From Lachnospiraceae bacterium (lineage in GTDB: Bacteria; Bacillota; Clostridia; Lachnospirales; Lachnospiraceae), in the NCBI GenBank assembly GCA_017437785.1, contig JAFRXH010000027.1, forward strand, positions 22,716 through 86,715: 64,000 bases of DNA. Reading direction: 5' to 3'. The notes under the pieces are model-generated. The model saw only the letters and a list, made by a program, of their open reading frames with translations, did not search any database and had not been told where the DNA came from. A program made the position numbers and the translations under genes. Of the stretch, positions 46,786-57,504 are shown in pieces. Every line of letters begins with the position of its first letter. Position 1 is the stretch's first letter.

Positions 46786-47664
46786 ATGAAGATCTCGGAA
46801 ATATTGAATACAGGCGTTCCCACGCTTTCGCTGGAGGTTTTCCCTCCAAAGACGAGCGAAGTATATGACAGTGTTGTAAGATCCACAAGTGAGGTGGCAG
46901 CGCTTAAACCGGATTTTATGAGCGTGACATACGGAGCAGCCGGTTCTACGCGAAAGTATACTACGGATATCGCAGCAAATATCGAAAAGAGCGGAGTGAC
47001 GGCGCTGGCACATCTTACCTGTGTCAATGCTTCCGAGGAGACCATAAAGGATCAGGTCGAAAGCCTTAAGGCTGTAGGGGTTGAGAATATACTGGCTCTT
47101 CGCGGGGATCTTCCGGAAGGCGTTGAGAGTACCGATGACTGGATCTATCACCATGCCAGTGAACTGATCCCCGTGATCAAAAAGTACGGGGATTTCTGCA
47201 TAGGCGGAGCCTGCTATCCGGAGAAGCATCCGGAGGCGGAAGATCTTAAGAGCGATATACTAAACATGAAGAAAAAGGTGGATGCGGGCTGTGAATTCCT
47301 GACCACCCAGATGTTTTTTGACAATAATATCTTTTATAACTATTTATACCGTCTGCGCGATGCAGGGGTTGGCGTGCCGGTGATAGCCGGTATCATGCCT
47401 GTTACCAATGCAAAGCAGATGGCAAGGATAATAAAGCTCTCCCAGGCGTTTATACCCAGGAGATATGTGGCGCTTTTAGACCGCTTCGGGCATGACCCGC
47501 TGGCGCTTAAGCAGGCGGCTATAGCTTATGCCACCGACCAGATACTTGATCTTCTGGCAAACGGTGTCGACCATATCCACATCTATACGATGAATAAAGC
47601 GGATGTAGCGGCAAAGATACAGGAGAACTTATCCGAGATAGTACCCTCCTGCAAAAAAAACTAA
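46786..47664 (+). CDS. metF: 5,10-methylenetetrahydrofolate reductase
   Basis: SLEVFPPK, SVTYGAAG, LALRGD, TTQMFFDN, HIYTMN. Confidence 0.96.
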   Translation: MKISEILNTGVPTLSLEVFPPKTSEVYDSVVRSTSEVAALKPDFMSVTYGAAGSTRKYTTDIAANIEKSGVTALAHLTCVNASEETIKDQVESLKAVGVENILALRGDLPEGVESTDDWIYHHASELIPVIKKYGDFCIGGACYPEKHPEAEDLKSDILNMKKKVDAGCEFLTTQMFFDNNIFYNYLYRLRDAGVGVPVIAGIMPVTNAKQMARIIKLSQAFIPRRYVALLDRFGHDPLALKQAAIAYATDQILDLLANGVDHIHIYTMNKADVAAKIQENLSEIVPSCKKN

Positions 47665-47665
47665 T

Positions 47666-48280
47666 ATGGATAATACCGTTCATACATACATAGCTGATAA
47701 TGATGCATTGCTGATACCGGGCCGCGAGGTGGCCCGGTATTTAGGATACAGCCGTGAGGCTATCATCGCCGGTGATGAGCTGATAGACCGGACCATAGAA
47801 AAAGTAAAGGGCATAATGGCCGGAAAAGCTGTGTACTGCCGTTATCCCTTAAGTTTTTTTGATGAGGACGGGATAGTGATGCCTTATGGCAGGATACACA
47901 GTACGCAGCTTAGGGAGAACCTGACGGGCTGTACGGAGATATATCTGTTTGCTGCGACTATAGGTGCGGCATTTGACAGGGAGCTGACGCGTGCCAGGGT
48001 CAGGTCTTTAGCCGATGCGGCGCTGCTTCAGGCGACCGGAGCTGCGGCAATAGAGGCTGTCTGTGATGATCTTAATGCCAGGCTGGAAATGGAAGCTTTA
48101 AGTGAAGGACGTAAGCTGCACAGGCGTTTCAGCCCCGGATACGGGGACTTTGAACTTGATAACCAGAAGGGCTTATTTTCGGTCCTTAACCCATCCAAAT
48201 ATATAGGTTTAAGCCTTATGGATACATTGATCATGAGTCCGGAAAAATCGGTAAGTGCAGTGATAGGAGTGGAAGGATGA
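47666..48280 (+). CDS. stand-alone cobalamin-dependent methionine synthase reactivation domain
   Basis: YLFAATIG, RRFSPGYGD, MSPEKSVSAVIG. Confidence 0.88.
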   Translation: MDNTVHTYIADNDALLIPGREVARYLGYSREAIIAGDELIDRTIEKVKGIMAGKAVYCRYPLSFFDEDGIVMPYGRIHSTQLRENLTGCTEIYLFAATIGAAFDRELTRARVRSLADAALLQATGAAAIEAVCDDLNARLEMEALSEGRKLHRRFSPGYGDFELDNQKGLFSVLNPSKYIGLSLMDTLIMSPEKSVSAVIGVEG

Positions 48281-48885
48281 GTGTTTTTCTTTCTGAACAG
48301 AACATGATGCTTATATATGCTCTTCTGATGCTTGCTGCAGGTTTCATATGCTTTAGGGGCTACAGCGTTTACAGGCTGGCCCTGGCTATGATAGGCTTTG
48401 CCGTAGGCTTTTCGCGAGTGCGGCCTTATCTTGAGATGTTCAAGCTGGATGAAGGCACCATACTGATAATACAGCTGGTGGCGGCTTTGGCATGTGCCGT
48501 GCTGGCATGGAGCTTTTTGAGGGTGGGTGTGTTCATTGCGGCATATCACTTTGTGCAGGACAATCTTTCGGCAGCGCTTTCGGATATGCTGGCAAAGAAG
48601 CTGGGACTGCCGGAGATCGTTTATCCCCTGTTTGCGATAGTTGCGGGTGCAGCTATCGCGTGGCTGATAGCCTGGCTGGTGGTAAAGTCCGAACGCGTGG
48701 TGATCGTGCTGATCACCTCTGTTGTAGGGGCATACGGAGCCGTATATTTTTTAAGGAGCATACTGCCGCTGATACCGGCTGATATAGAAGCATTTATCAA
48801 TCTGCCTGCGCCGGTGTGGATGGCTGCTGTGGCATTACTGGCACTGGCCGGTGTATTTGCGCAGGGACTTTTTAAGCATAAATAA
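48277..48885 (+). CDS. DUF4203/TM7S3-like membrane protein
   Basis: ICFRGYSVYRLALAMIGF N-terminal motif, TSVVGAY, about 7 TM. Confidence 0.75.
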   Translation: MSVFLSEQNMMLIYALLMLAAGFICFRGYSVYRLALAMIGFAVGFSRVRPYLEMFKLDEGTILIIQLVAALACAVLAWSFLRVGVFIAAYHFVQDNLSAALSDMLAKKLGLPEIVYPLFAIVAGAAIAWLIAWLVVKSERVVIVLITSVVGAYGAVYFLRSILPLIPADIEAFINLPAPVWMAAVALLALAGVFAQGLFKHK

Positions 48886-48893
48886 GAGGAAAA

Positions 48894-51392
48894 ATGATGA
48901 ATATCCTGGATCATTTGAAAAAAGGTTTTACATATTTTGACGGAGGCTGCGGGACTATACTGCAGGCTGCGGGATTAAAAGCGGGAGAACTGCCGGAGCG
49001 CTGGAACACGGAGCATGCCGATGTGATACAGGGCATGCATTATGATTATCTGCTGTCGGGCGTAAATATCCTTAAGACCAATACTTTCGGTGCGAATATC
49101 ATGAAGTTTCCGGGTGAGGGGGAGCTTGAGGGGATAATAAAAGCTGCAGTCGGCAACGCTAAAGCAGCGATAGCTGCTGTTGAGAGCCGTACGCCTTTAG
49201 CGGGCCGCAGTGATGATTTTTCAAAGGCGTCCGGTGAACACTATGTTGCGCTTGATATAGGGCCTCTGGGCAAGCTTTTAAAGCCGCTCGGGGATCTGGA
49301 CTTTGAGGAAGCTTACGAAATCTTCCTGCAGACCGTAAAGGCAGGTATGGCCTGCGGTGTGGACCTGATCCTTATAGAGACCATGAACGACATATATGAG
49401 GCGAAAGCAGCGATCCTGGCGGCCAAAGAGAGCGCTCTGCCGGTATTTCTTACCACCGCATATGATGAAAGCCATAAGCTGCTGACCGGTGCGGATCCCA
49501 GGACCGTCGTGGCCGTGGCGGAAGGTCTGGGAGTTGATGCCCTGGGTGTTAACTGTTCTCTGGGACCCGATGAGATGATGGGCATAGTGGATGAGCTTTG
49601 TGAGTACGCCAGCGTACCCGTTATAGTCAATCCCAATGCGGGACTGCCCAGAACGGAAGGCGGAAAGACGGTATATGATGTCCTGCCGGAGGGCTTCGCC
49701 GCTTCCATGATAAAGATCGCGGATAAGGGAGCACGTGTACTGGGCGGCTGCTGCGGGACCACGCCGGCTCATATCGGAGCCATGATCGGAGAGGTCAGAA
49801 AGATGGAGCCTAAGCCTCTCAGCGAAAAGCAGCATACGCTGATAAGCTCCTATACCCACAGCGTGGAGTTCGGTATACGGCCCATACTGATAGGAGAACG
49901 TATCAATCCCACGGGAAAGAAGCGCCTTAAGGAAGCACTGCGTAACGATGATATGGATTACATACTCCAGCAGGGATTGCTTCAGCAGGACCAGCACGCG
50001 GATGTACTGGATGTGAACGTGGGCCTGCCGGAGATCGACGAGCCGGAAATGATGGTAAAGGCGGTATCCCAGCTCCAGGCTGTGTGCGATCTGCCGCTTC
50101 AGATAGATACCACCGATCCTGTGGCCATGGAGAGGGCGCTGCGCCGTTATAACGGAAAGCCAATGATCAACTCGGTAAACGGTAAGGAAGAAGTGATGAA
50201 GCAGGTATTTCCGCTGGCTAAGAAGTACGGCGGATTGCTGGTGGCACTCACCATAGATGAAGAGGGTATCCCCACGACAGCTGAGGGACGTCTTAAGATA
50301 GCAAGGAATATATACGAAAAGGCCGCGGAATATGGCATAAAGAAGAAGGATATTATAGTGGATCCGCTGGCTATGAGCATCAGTGCCGAGCCCGAGTCCG
50401 CAAAGATCACGCTGGATGCCTTAAGGCTGATACGTGAAGAAGAAGACGGCCTTACCAGTCTTGGTGTATCGAATATATCATTCGGTCTGCCTAAGCGTGA
50501 TCTGGTAAACGGTACTTTCTTTACAATGGCGATGATGAACGGGCTTTCCGCTGCCATAATGAACCCCGGCTCGATGGAGATGATGAAAGCATACCGCTCA
50601 TTCTGCGCATTAAAGGCGCTGGATGAAAACTGTATGGATTATATAGGCTTTACCGATGAGTACGAAGCTTTAGCGGCTTCGGCGGCGCCTGCAGCGGGAA
50701 GTGAAGCAAAAAAGCCTGCTGCAGCGGTATCTTATGAAGGGATAAAGGACGAGCGCCTGATACCGCTTGTGGATACCGTAGTCAAGGGGCTTAAGGAAAA
50801 GGCCGGAGCACTTACGGCAGAGCTGTTATCTGCAGATGTAGCAGCAATGGATATAATCGACGGGGCGCTTATCCCGGCTCTGGATATAGTCGGAAAGGGC
50901 TTTGAGGCCAAGAGGGTATTCCTGCCGCAGCTTCTGATGAGCGCAGATTCGGCGTCTGCTGCATTTGAATCCATTAAGGATAAGATAGCAGCATCGGGCG
51001 GAAAGCAGGAGAGCAAGGGAAGGCTGATACTGGCTACGGTCAAAGGGGATATACACGATATCGGAAAGAATATCGTAAAGGTTCTTTTGGAAAACTACGG
51101 CTTTGACGTGATAGACCTGGGAAAGGATGTTCCGCCGGAGCTGATCGTTGAAACGGCGGTAAGGGAGAACATAAAACTGGTCGGCTTGAGTGCGCTTATG
51201 ACCACTACGGTACCGGCTATGGAAGAGACCATAAAGCTCCTTCATGAGAAATGGCCGGAGTGCAAAACCTGCGTGGGCGGAGCCGTTATGACTCCCGAGT
51301 ATGCAAAGATGATAAATGCCGACCGTTATTGCAAGGATGCCATGGAGACCGTCCGTTTTGCTGAAGAGTTCTTTGCAGGCATGCCGTGCTAA
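48894..51392 (+). CDS. metH: cobalamin-dependent methionine synthase core (Hcy, pterin and B12-binding domains; no activation domain)
   Basis: FDGGCGT, GVNCS, GGCCGT, IGERINPTG, DIHDIGKN. Confidence 0.95.
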   Translation: MMNILDHLKKGFTYFDGGCGTILQAAGLKAGELPERWNTEHADVIQGMHYDYLLSGVNILKTNTFGANIMKFPGEGELEGIIKAAVGNAKAAIAAVESRTPLAGRSDDFSKASGEHYVALDIGPLGKLLKPLGDLDFEEAYEIFLQTVKAGMACGVDLILIETMNDIYEAKAAILAAKESALPVFLTTAYDESHKLLTGADPRTVVAVAEGLGVDALGVNCSLGPDEMMGIVDELCEYASVPVIVNPNAGLPRTEGGKTVYDVLPEGFAASMIKIADKGARVLGGCCGTTPAHIGAMIGEVRKMEPKPLSEKQHTLISSYTHSVEFGIRPILIGERINPTGKKRLKEALRNDDMDYILQQGLLQQDQHADVLDVNVGLPEIDEPEMMVKAVSQLQAVCDLPLQIDTTDPVAMERALRRYNGKPMINSVNGKEEVMKQVFPLAKKYGGLLVALTIDEEGIPTTAEGRLKIARNIYEKAAEYGIKKKDIIVDPLAMSISAEPESAKITLDALRLIREEEDGLTSLGVSNISFGLPKRDLVNGTFFTMAMMNGLSAAIMNPGSMEMMKAYRSFCALKALDENCMDYIGFTDEYEALAASAAPAAGSEAKKPAAAVSYEGIKDERLIPLVDTVVKGLKEKAGALTAELLSADVAAMDIIDGALIPALDIVGKGFEAKRVFLPQLLMSADSASAAFESIKDKIAASGGKQESKGRLILATVKGDIHDIGKNIVKVLLENYGFDVIDLGKDVPPELIVETAVRENIKLVGLSALMTTTVPAMEETIKLLHEKWPECKTCVGGAVMTPEYAKMINADRYCKDAMETVRFAEEFFAGMPC

Positions 51393-51410
51393 GGAGAGCG
51401 TCCCCGGCAT

Positions 51411-51442
51411 GTCATTTTAAGGAGCGCAGCGACGAAGGATCT
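51411..51442. repeat. GTCAT...GAAGGATCT REP-like element
   Basis: gtcattttaaggagcgcagcgacgaaggatct in the metH-DAGK gap. Confidence 0.65.
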
Positions 51443-51465
51443 TAACTAAGGAGAAAGGAGTATCG

Positions 51466-52464
51466 ATGTTCTACATAGTGATCAACCCTACAGCCCGTTC
51501 GGGAAGGGGCATGAAGATATGGCAGGATCTGCGTAAAGAGCTGGATGATAAGCAGGTGGAATACCGCTATTATTATACGGCAAAGAACCACAGTGCGGGG
51601 ACCATAGCCAAGTGTATACTGAATAAAGACAAGGGACTGATAAACCTTATACTCCTTGGGGGCGACGGTACCGTAAACGAGACCGTTAACGGGATCGCTG
51701 CAGCGGGGGATAAGTGTTTTGAAAGGCTTAAGCTCTGTTATATACCTACCGGATCGGCACGCGACCTGGCGAGGGCGCTTGAGCTTCCCGATGATCCGCA
51801 CGAGTGCTTAAGGCGCATACTGGCGGCGGATGGTCAAAAGATACAGGGTTTGGACGGGAATGTTTCCGCGGCGGAAGAAAGACGCACCGATCTGGGGCTG
51901 CTCACCTATAATGATGCGCAGAAAGCGGAGCTTAACGGACACAGACGCTTCTTCATAGTAAGCGCGGGTATCGGCTTTGATGCGGCGGTATGCGCGGAGG
52001 TAGCGCATTCCCGGTTAAAGAAATTCTTTAACAAGCTGGGACTTGGCGGGCTGGTATATGGCTTTATATGTGTGAAAGGCCTGCTTACGGCACCCAGGGC
52101 CGACTGCAATATCTATATGGACGGTGAAAGGATGTATCCGGCAAGGGACTGCATACTGACAGCCGTGATGAACCATAAATATCAGGGGGGCGGCGTGATG
52201 TTCGCGCCGGAGGCAGACAGTACCGACGGGATGCTCGATCTGTGCTTTACGGACAGGATGAGCAGGCACAGGGTGATGATGACATTTCCCAAAGCATACA
52301 GCGGTGCTCATGTAGGAACAAAGGGCATATGCATGGACAGGGCGTCGAGCCTGCGTATCACTTCATCACAGATGCTCTATGTCCATACCGATGGAGAGGT
52401 TGCAACTAAAGCAATGGATATCAGCATAAAATGCCTTCCGGGAAAACTCCGTCTGATGGTATAG
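51466..52464 (+). CDS. diacylglycerol kinase family lipid kinase (YegS/BmrU-like)
   Basis: INPTARSG, LGGDGTVNE, IPTGSARD, GIGFDA, YQGGG, DGE. Confidence 0.9.
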   Translation: MFYIVINPTARSGRGMKIWQDLRKELDDKQVEYRYYYTAKNHSAGTIAKCILNKDKGLINLILLGGDGTVNETVNGIAAAGDKCFERLKLCYIPTGSARDLARALELPDDPHECLRRILAADGQKIQGLDGNVSAAEERRTDLGLLTYNDAQKAELNGHRRFFIVSAGIGFDAAVCAEVAHSRLKKFFNKLGLGGLVYGFICVKGLLTAPRADCNIYMDGERMYPARDCILTAVMNHKYQGGGVMFAPEADSTDGMLDLCFTDRMSRHRVMMTFPKAYSGAHVGTKGICMDRASSLRITSSQMLYVHTDGEVATKAMDISIKCLPGKLRLMV

Positions 52465-52520
52465 CTAAATAAAGATAAATATGTTACAATTAAAACAATA
52501 TTTTTCAGGAGGAAAGACCA

Positions 52521-53759
52521 ATGTATTCAATCGACGAATTAAGAGCAGTTGATCCCGATATAGCTAAGGCTATTGAGGACGAGCAGGCAAGACAGAACAG
52601 CCATATCGAGCTCATCGCTTCCGAGAACTGGGTAAGCCATGCGGTAATGGCAGCTATGGGCAGTGTGCTGACCAATAAGTACGCAGAGGGATATCCCGGA
52701 AAGCGTTACTACGGTGGATGTGAGTGCGTGGATGTAGTGGAGACCCTGGCTATAGAGCGTGCAAAAGAGCTTTTTGGCTGCACTTATGCAAATGTCCAGC
52801 CTCATTCCGGTGCACAGGCAAATCTTGCCGTACAGTTTGCGATCTGCCAGCCCGGTGATACCATCATGGGTATGAACCTTGATCACGGCGGACATTTAAC
52901 CCACGGCAGCCCGGTAAATATCTCCGGTACCTATTTCAAAATCGTACCCTACGGAGTAAATAAAGACGGATTCATCGATTATGATGAGCTTGAGCGCATC
53001 GCACTTGAGTGCAAGCCCAAGATGATAATCGCAGGTGCATCTGCATATGCGCGCACCATAGATTTCAAGCGCTTCCGTGAGGTGGCTGATAAGGTTGGAG
53101 CAGTGCTGATGGTGGATATGGCGCATATCGCAGGTCTGGTAGCTACCGGACTTCATCCTTCACCGATCCCTTATGCGGATGTAGTTACTACCACTACCCA
53201 CAAGACTTTAAGAGGACCCAGAGGAGGACTTATCTTATCAAGCGAGGAGAACGCAAAGAAGTATAAGTTCAACAAGGCAGTATTCCCCGGGATCCAGGGC
53301 GGACCGCTTATGCACGTTATCGCTGCAAAGGCAGTATGCTTTAAGGAAGCACTTTCCGATGATTTCAAGACCTACTGCAAGGGCATTATTGATAATGCAC
53401 AGGCACTGTCAAAAGGCCTTATGGACCGCGGTCTTAAGATAGTTTCCGGCGGTACCGACAATCACCTTATGCTGCTTGATCTTACCACATTTAACTTAAC
53501 CGGTAAGGAAGTAGAGGGCTGGATGGATGCGGCTCACCTTACGGCTAACAAGAACACGATACCCAATGATCCCCAGAAGCCCAATGTTACCAGCGGTATC
53601 CGTCTGGGAACACCTTCTGTTACCAGCCGCGGCATGAATACAGAGGACATGGACAGGATCGCAGAGGCTATATCGATCATTGTTAAGGAGAAAGAGGCAG
53701 GCATTCCCGCGGCAAGAGCTATCGTGGATGAGCTTACCGCAAAATATCCGCTTAAGTGA
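52521..53759 (+). CDS. glyA: serine hydroxymethyltransferase
   Basis: [33 protein letters not shown]. Confidence 0.98.
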   Translation: MYSIDELRAVDPDIAKAIEDEQARQNSHIELIASENWVSHAVMAAMGSVLTNKYAEGYPGKRYYGGCECVDVVETLAIERAKELFGCTYANVQPHSGAQANLAVQFAICQPGDTIMGMNLDHGGHLTHGSPVNISGTYFKIVPYGVNKDGFIDYDELERIALECKPKMIIAGASAYARTIDFKRFREVADKVGAVLMVDMAHIAGLVATGLHPSPIPYADVVTTTTHKTLRGPRGGLILSSEENAKKYKFNKAVFPGIQGGPLMHVIAAKAVCFKEALSDDFKTYCKGIIDNAQALSKGLMDRGLKIVSGGTDNHLMLLDLTTFNLTGKEVEGWMDAAHLTANKNTIPNDPQKPNVTSGIRLGTPSVTSRGMNTEDMDRIAEAISIIVKEKEAGIPAARAIVDELTAKYPLK

Positions 53760-53762
53760 GAA

Positions 53763-54656
53763 ATGGCATCGTATAAAAAGCTTTTATTCATTGTAAATCC
53801 CCATGCGGGGATAAAGAAAAAGGACAGCGCATTAAGCGATATCATACTGACCTTTTCCGATCATTTTTACGAGACTATCGTGTGCTTCACCAGAGAGGCG
53901 GGAGACGCCGCCAATCTGGTGAAAGAGCACGTTGATGATGAGATCGACAGGGTAGTATGTATGGGCGGCGACGGGACTTTGAGCGAAGTGATAGCAGGTC
54001 TTCGAAGATACCGCTGGGATAAACCGCTTGGGTATATCCCTGCAGGATCGACCAATGATTTTGCCGCCAGCTTAAAGCTTCCTTTTGATCCGGCAGAGGC
54101 TGCCGAGCGTGTGATGAAGGGCAAGCCCCATCGTCTGGATATAGGCCTGTTCAATGACAGACAGTTTGTTTATACCGCTTCGTGCGGTATTTTTACAAGA
54201 GCCTCTTATGATACACCGCAGAGGATAAAGAATGTGTTCGGCCATGCGGCGTATATACTGGAGGGCATGAAGGAGCTGACGCAGATACGTTCCTGGCATA
54301 TGCGCGTCATGGTCGACGGGCATGTATATGAGGATAATTATCTGTTTGTATCCATTTGCAACACCTTCTCGCTGGGAGGGGTGATGAATCTGGAACATTC
54401 CAATGTCAGTTTAAATGACGGTGTTTTTGAACTGCTGCTGATCTCTATGCCGCATGATCTGATACAGCTTGGAGAGATAGTACAGGCTCTTAACGAGCAG
54501 AAGTTTGATACGCCGTTAGTACAGTTCTTAAAGGTGGACCAGGTATCGGTATTCTGCGCGGATAAGCCGGACTGGTCATTGGACGGTGAGAAGGCGACCG
54601 GACTGGAAACGAATAAGATAGAAGTCATTCCGGGAGGAGTGCAGATGTTTTTCTGA
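53763..54656 (+). CDS. diacylglycerol kinase family lipid kinase (YegS/BmrU-like), paralog
   Basis: VNPHAG, MGGDGTLSE, IPAGSTNDFA, DGE. Confidence 0.9.
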   Translation: MASYKKLLFIVNPHAGIKKKDSALSDIILTFSDHFYETIVCFTREAGDAANLVKEHVDDEIDRVVCMGGDGTLSEVIAGLRRYRWDKPLGYIPAGSTNDFAASLKLPFDPAEAAERVMKGKPHRLDIGLFNDRQFVYTASCGIFTRASYDTPQRIKNVFGHAAYILEGMKELTQIRSWHMRVMVDGHVYEDNYLFVSICNTFSLGGVMNLEHSNVSLNDGVFELLLISMPHDLIQLGEIVQALNEQKFDTPLVQFLKVDQVSVFCADKPDWSLDGEKATGLETNKIEVIPGGVQMFF

Positions 54657-54703
54657 CAGAGAAATAAGCGTTTGGGGGATTTTTATTACAGGAGGGGTTA
54701 CGT

Positions 54704-56299
54704 ATGAAGCTTACTTTTGTCGGGGCAGATCATGAAGTTACAGGCAGTTGTCATTATCTGGAGGCGTGTGGAAAACACATCCTGCTGGATTGCGGAATGG
54801 AGCAGGGCGTGGATGTCTACGAAAATGTAGATATACCAATAGAAGAGGGGCTTATAGATTATGTGCTTCTCTCACACGCACATATCGATCATTCGGGGCT
54901 TCTGCCCCTTATCTACGCCAGAGGCTTCAGGGGCCAGATCATGGCTACCGAGGCTACGGTGGATCTTTGCAGCATCATGCTGCGTGACTCAGCACATATA
55001 CAAATGCAGGAAGCGGAATGGAAGAACCGTAAGGCGCAGAGAAGTGCGGCCAATATGGTTGAGCCTCTCTATACCATGGAAGATGCCATGGGGGCCATAC
55101 GCAGACTGGTTCCTTTTGATTATGACGAGATCTACGAGCTTTGTGAAGGCATAAAGTTCCGTTTTACCGATGTAGGGCATCTCCTGGGAAGTGCCAGCAT
55201 CGAGATATGGATCACCGAGGGAAATGAGACGCGTAAGCTGGTATTTTCCGGTGATATAGGTAATAAAAAAGGCACTATAATCCGTGAACCACAGTATGTG
55301 AAGGATGCGGATTACGTTATCATGGAATCCACTTACGGTACCAGGTATCATGATGCTGAAAAGCCGGATTATGTAGGCAATCTGGCCAAACTGATATCGG
55401 ATACACTGGGCAGAGGCGGTAACCTGGTCATCCCTTCCTTTGCGGTAGGGCGTACCCAGGAGATACTTTATTATATCCGTGAGATAAAGGCAAAGGGACT
55501 GGTGAGCAATGTGCCGGATTTCCCTGTTTATGTGGATTCCCCGCTGGCCGTTGAGGCAACGGAGATATTTAAGAAGAACCAGGCCGACTGCTTCTCGGGT
55601 GAAGCGCTCGAGCTGGTAAAGAGCGGTATCAATCCCCTCACATTCCCCGGCCTTCAACTATCGATAACCAGTGATGAATCAAAGCTCATCAACTTTGATA
55701 CCGTACCTAAGGTCATCATATCCGCATCGGGCATGTGTGATGCGGGACGTATACGCCATCACCTTAAGCACAACCTGTGGCGTGAAGAGTCTACAATACT
55801 CTTTGTTGGTTATCAGGCTGTTGGTACCCTGGGACGTATACTGGTAGACGGTGAGAAGGAAGTAAAGCTTTTTGGCGAACCGATCGAGGTCCGTGCGACG
55901 ATAGCGCAGCTTCCGGGTATGAGCGGACATGCCGATAAAGCCGGGCTTATAGAATGGCTGCAGAAAATAGGCAATAAACCCAGGAAGGTATTCGTGGTCC
56001 ACGGTGATGAAGATAATGCCACACTGTTTACCCAGTGCCTTAAGGATGAATACGGCTACGATGCATATGCACCCTACAGCGGCTGCTCTTTTGATATGAT
56101 CACCGGTGAGTTCATCACCCAGACGGTGGGCATACCCAAAAAGAAGAAAGCAAAACGTCTGTCGGATGTATTCCAGCGTCTTTTGGCTGCCGGTCAGCGC
56201 CTGATCGCCGTCATCTACAAGAACGAAGGCGGCGCAAACAAAGACCTGGCCAAATTCGCGGACCAGATCAACTCGTTGTCCGATAAATGGGACAGGTAA
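54704..56299 (+). CDS. MBL-fold beta-CASP ribonuclease (YSH1-like)
   Basis: HAHIDHSG, GHLLGSA, MESTYG, SGHAD, VHGD. Confidence 0.9.
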   Translation: MKLTFVGADHEVTGSCHYLEACGKHILLDCGMEQGVDVYENVDIPIEEGLIDYVLLSHAHIDHSGLLPLIYARGFRGQIMATEATVDLCSIMLRDSAHIQMQEAEWKNRKAQRSAANMVEPLYTMEDAMGAIRRLVPFDYDEIYELCEGIKFRFTDVGHLLGSASIEIWITEGNETRKLVFSGDIGNKKGTIIREPQYVKDADYVIMESTYGTRYHDAEKPDYVGNLAKLISDTLGRGGNLVIPSFAVGRTQEILYYIREIKAKGLVSNVPDFPVYVDSPLAVEATEIFKKNQADCFSGEALELVKSGINPLTFPGLQLSITSDESKLINFDTVPKVIISASGMCDAGRIRHHLKHNLWREESTILFVGYQAVGTLGRILVDGEKEVKLFGEPIEVRATIAQLPGMSGHADKAGLIEWLQKIGNKPRKVFVVHGDEDNATLFTQCLKDEYGYDAYAPYSGCSFDMITGEFITQTVGIPKKKKAKRLSDVFQRLLAAGQRLIAVIYKNEGGANKDLAKFADQINSLSDKWDR

Positions 56300-56312
56300 A
56301 AGGAGACGGCTT

Positions 56313-57347
56313 ATGAAGATCGTTACCCTGGGAAGAACAGGTATAAGTGTACCTCAGAACGGCTTTGGTGCATTACCCATACAGAGAGTGTCCGTTGAAG
56401 AGGCTGTTGGTATACTGCGGAATGCCTATAAGGGCGGGATGCGCTTTTTTGATACGGCCAGGGCATACAGTGACAGTGAGATAAAAGTAGGGGCTGCTTT
56501 CGGAGACGGATATATCAGGCGTGAGGATATAGTGATCGCCACAAAGACTGCGGCAAAGAAGCCGGAGGATTTTTGGAAGGATCTGGATACGTCCCTTAAT
56601 AATCTTAAGACTGATTATATAGATATCTACCAGTTTCATATGATGGGAGAGTGCTGGAGACCGGGACAGGAAAACGGCATGTATGAATGCATGCTGAAGG
56701 CTAAGGAGCAGGGAAAGATAAGACATATAAGCGGCACGGCCCACAAGCTGGGAGTGGCCCGCGATATAGTGGAGTCGGGGCTTTATGATACCCTGCAGTA
56801 TCCTATCAGTTATCTGGCCGATGAAAAAGAGATAGAGCTGATACGTCTGTGCAACGAAAAGAATGTGGGGCTTATCTGCATGAAGGGGCTTGCAGGCGGG
56901 CTTATCAGTAATTCAAGGGCAGCGCAGGCTTTTATATCACAGTTTGACGGTGCAGTGCCTATCTGGGGCATTCAAAGACAGAGCGAGCTGGATGAGTGGC
57001 TTTCATACATGGATGATACGCCTGTTATGGACGATGAGATCAAAGCCTTTATCAAAAAGGAACAGGACGAGCTTAAAGGCGAATTCTGCCGTGGCTGCGG
57101 CTATTGCATGCCCTGCACTGTGGGCATCCAGATCAATCAGTGCAACCGTATGAGCCTGATGCTGCGCCGCGCTCCCTCACAGGGATGGCTGTCGGAATAC
57201 TGGCAGGCGGAAATGGAAAAGGCAGCCGGCTGTATCGGCTGCGGTGCATGCCTGCCGAAGTGTCCGTACGGTCTTGATATACCCGGGCTGCTTAAGAAGA
57301 ACATAGAGGATTACAGGGAAGTACTGGCAGGAAAACGCAAGGTATAA
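56313..57347 (+). CDS. aldo/keto reductase with C-terminal Fe-S motifs
   Basis: FFDTARAY, IATK, DYIDIYQFH; CRGCGYCMPC and CIGCGACLPKCP. Confidence 0.9.
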   Translation: MKIVTLGRTGISVPQNGFGALPIQRVSVEEAVGILRNAYKGGMRFFDTARAYSDSEIKVGAAFGDGYIRREDIVIATKTAAKKPEDFWKDLDTSLNNLKTDYIDIYQFHMMGECWRPGQENGMYECMLKAKEQGKIRHISGTAHKLGVARDIVESGLYDTLQYPISYLADEKEIELIRLCNEKNVGLICMKGLAGGLISNSRAAQAFISQFDGAVPIWGIQRQSELDEWLSYMDDTPVMDDEIKAFIKKEQDELKGEFCRGCGYCMPCTVGIQINQCNRMSLMLRRAPSQGWLSEYWQAEMEKAAGCIGCGACLPKCPYGLDIPGLLKKNIEDYREVLAGKRKV

Positions 57348-57363
57348 GACATGGTTTGGTTTT

Positions 57364-57401
57364 AAAAGGACGGGTTCCGTGATCAGGATCCGTCCTTTTT
57401 T
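57364..57401 (+). terminator. intrinsic terminator
   Basis: AAAAGGACGGG / TCCGTCCTTTT stem plus T tract. Confidence 0.8.
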
Positions 57402-57504
57402 ATGCTTTTTTGTAATAAATTCTTAATCTTTTGTCGCCTTTTTTCGTAATGCTGTTTGTGCTATCATTTCAATCAAGAGCTCTTAAGGAAAGAAGGAAAC
57501 CCAA

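Noticed and set aside
52465-52520. Possible ZTP/glycine riboswitch before glyA
   Set aside because: Intergenic region too short and AT-rich; only a promoter-like TGtTACAAT is seen.
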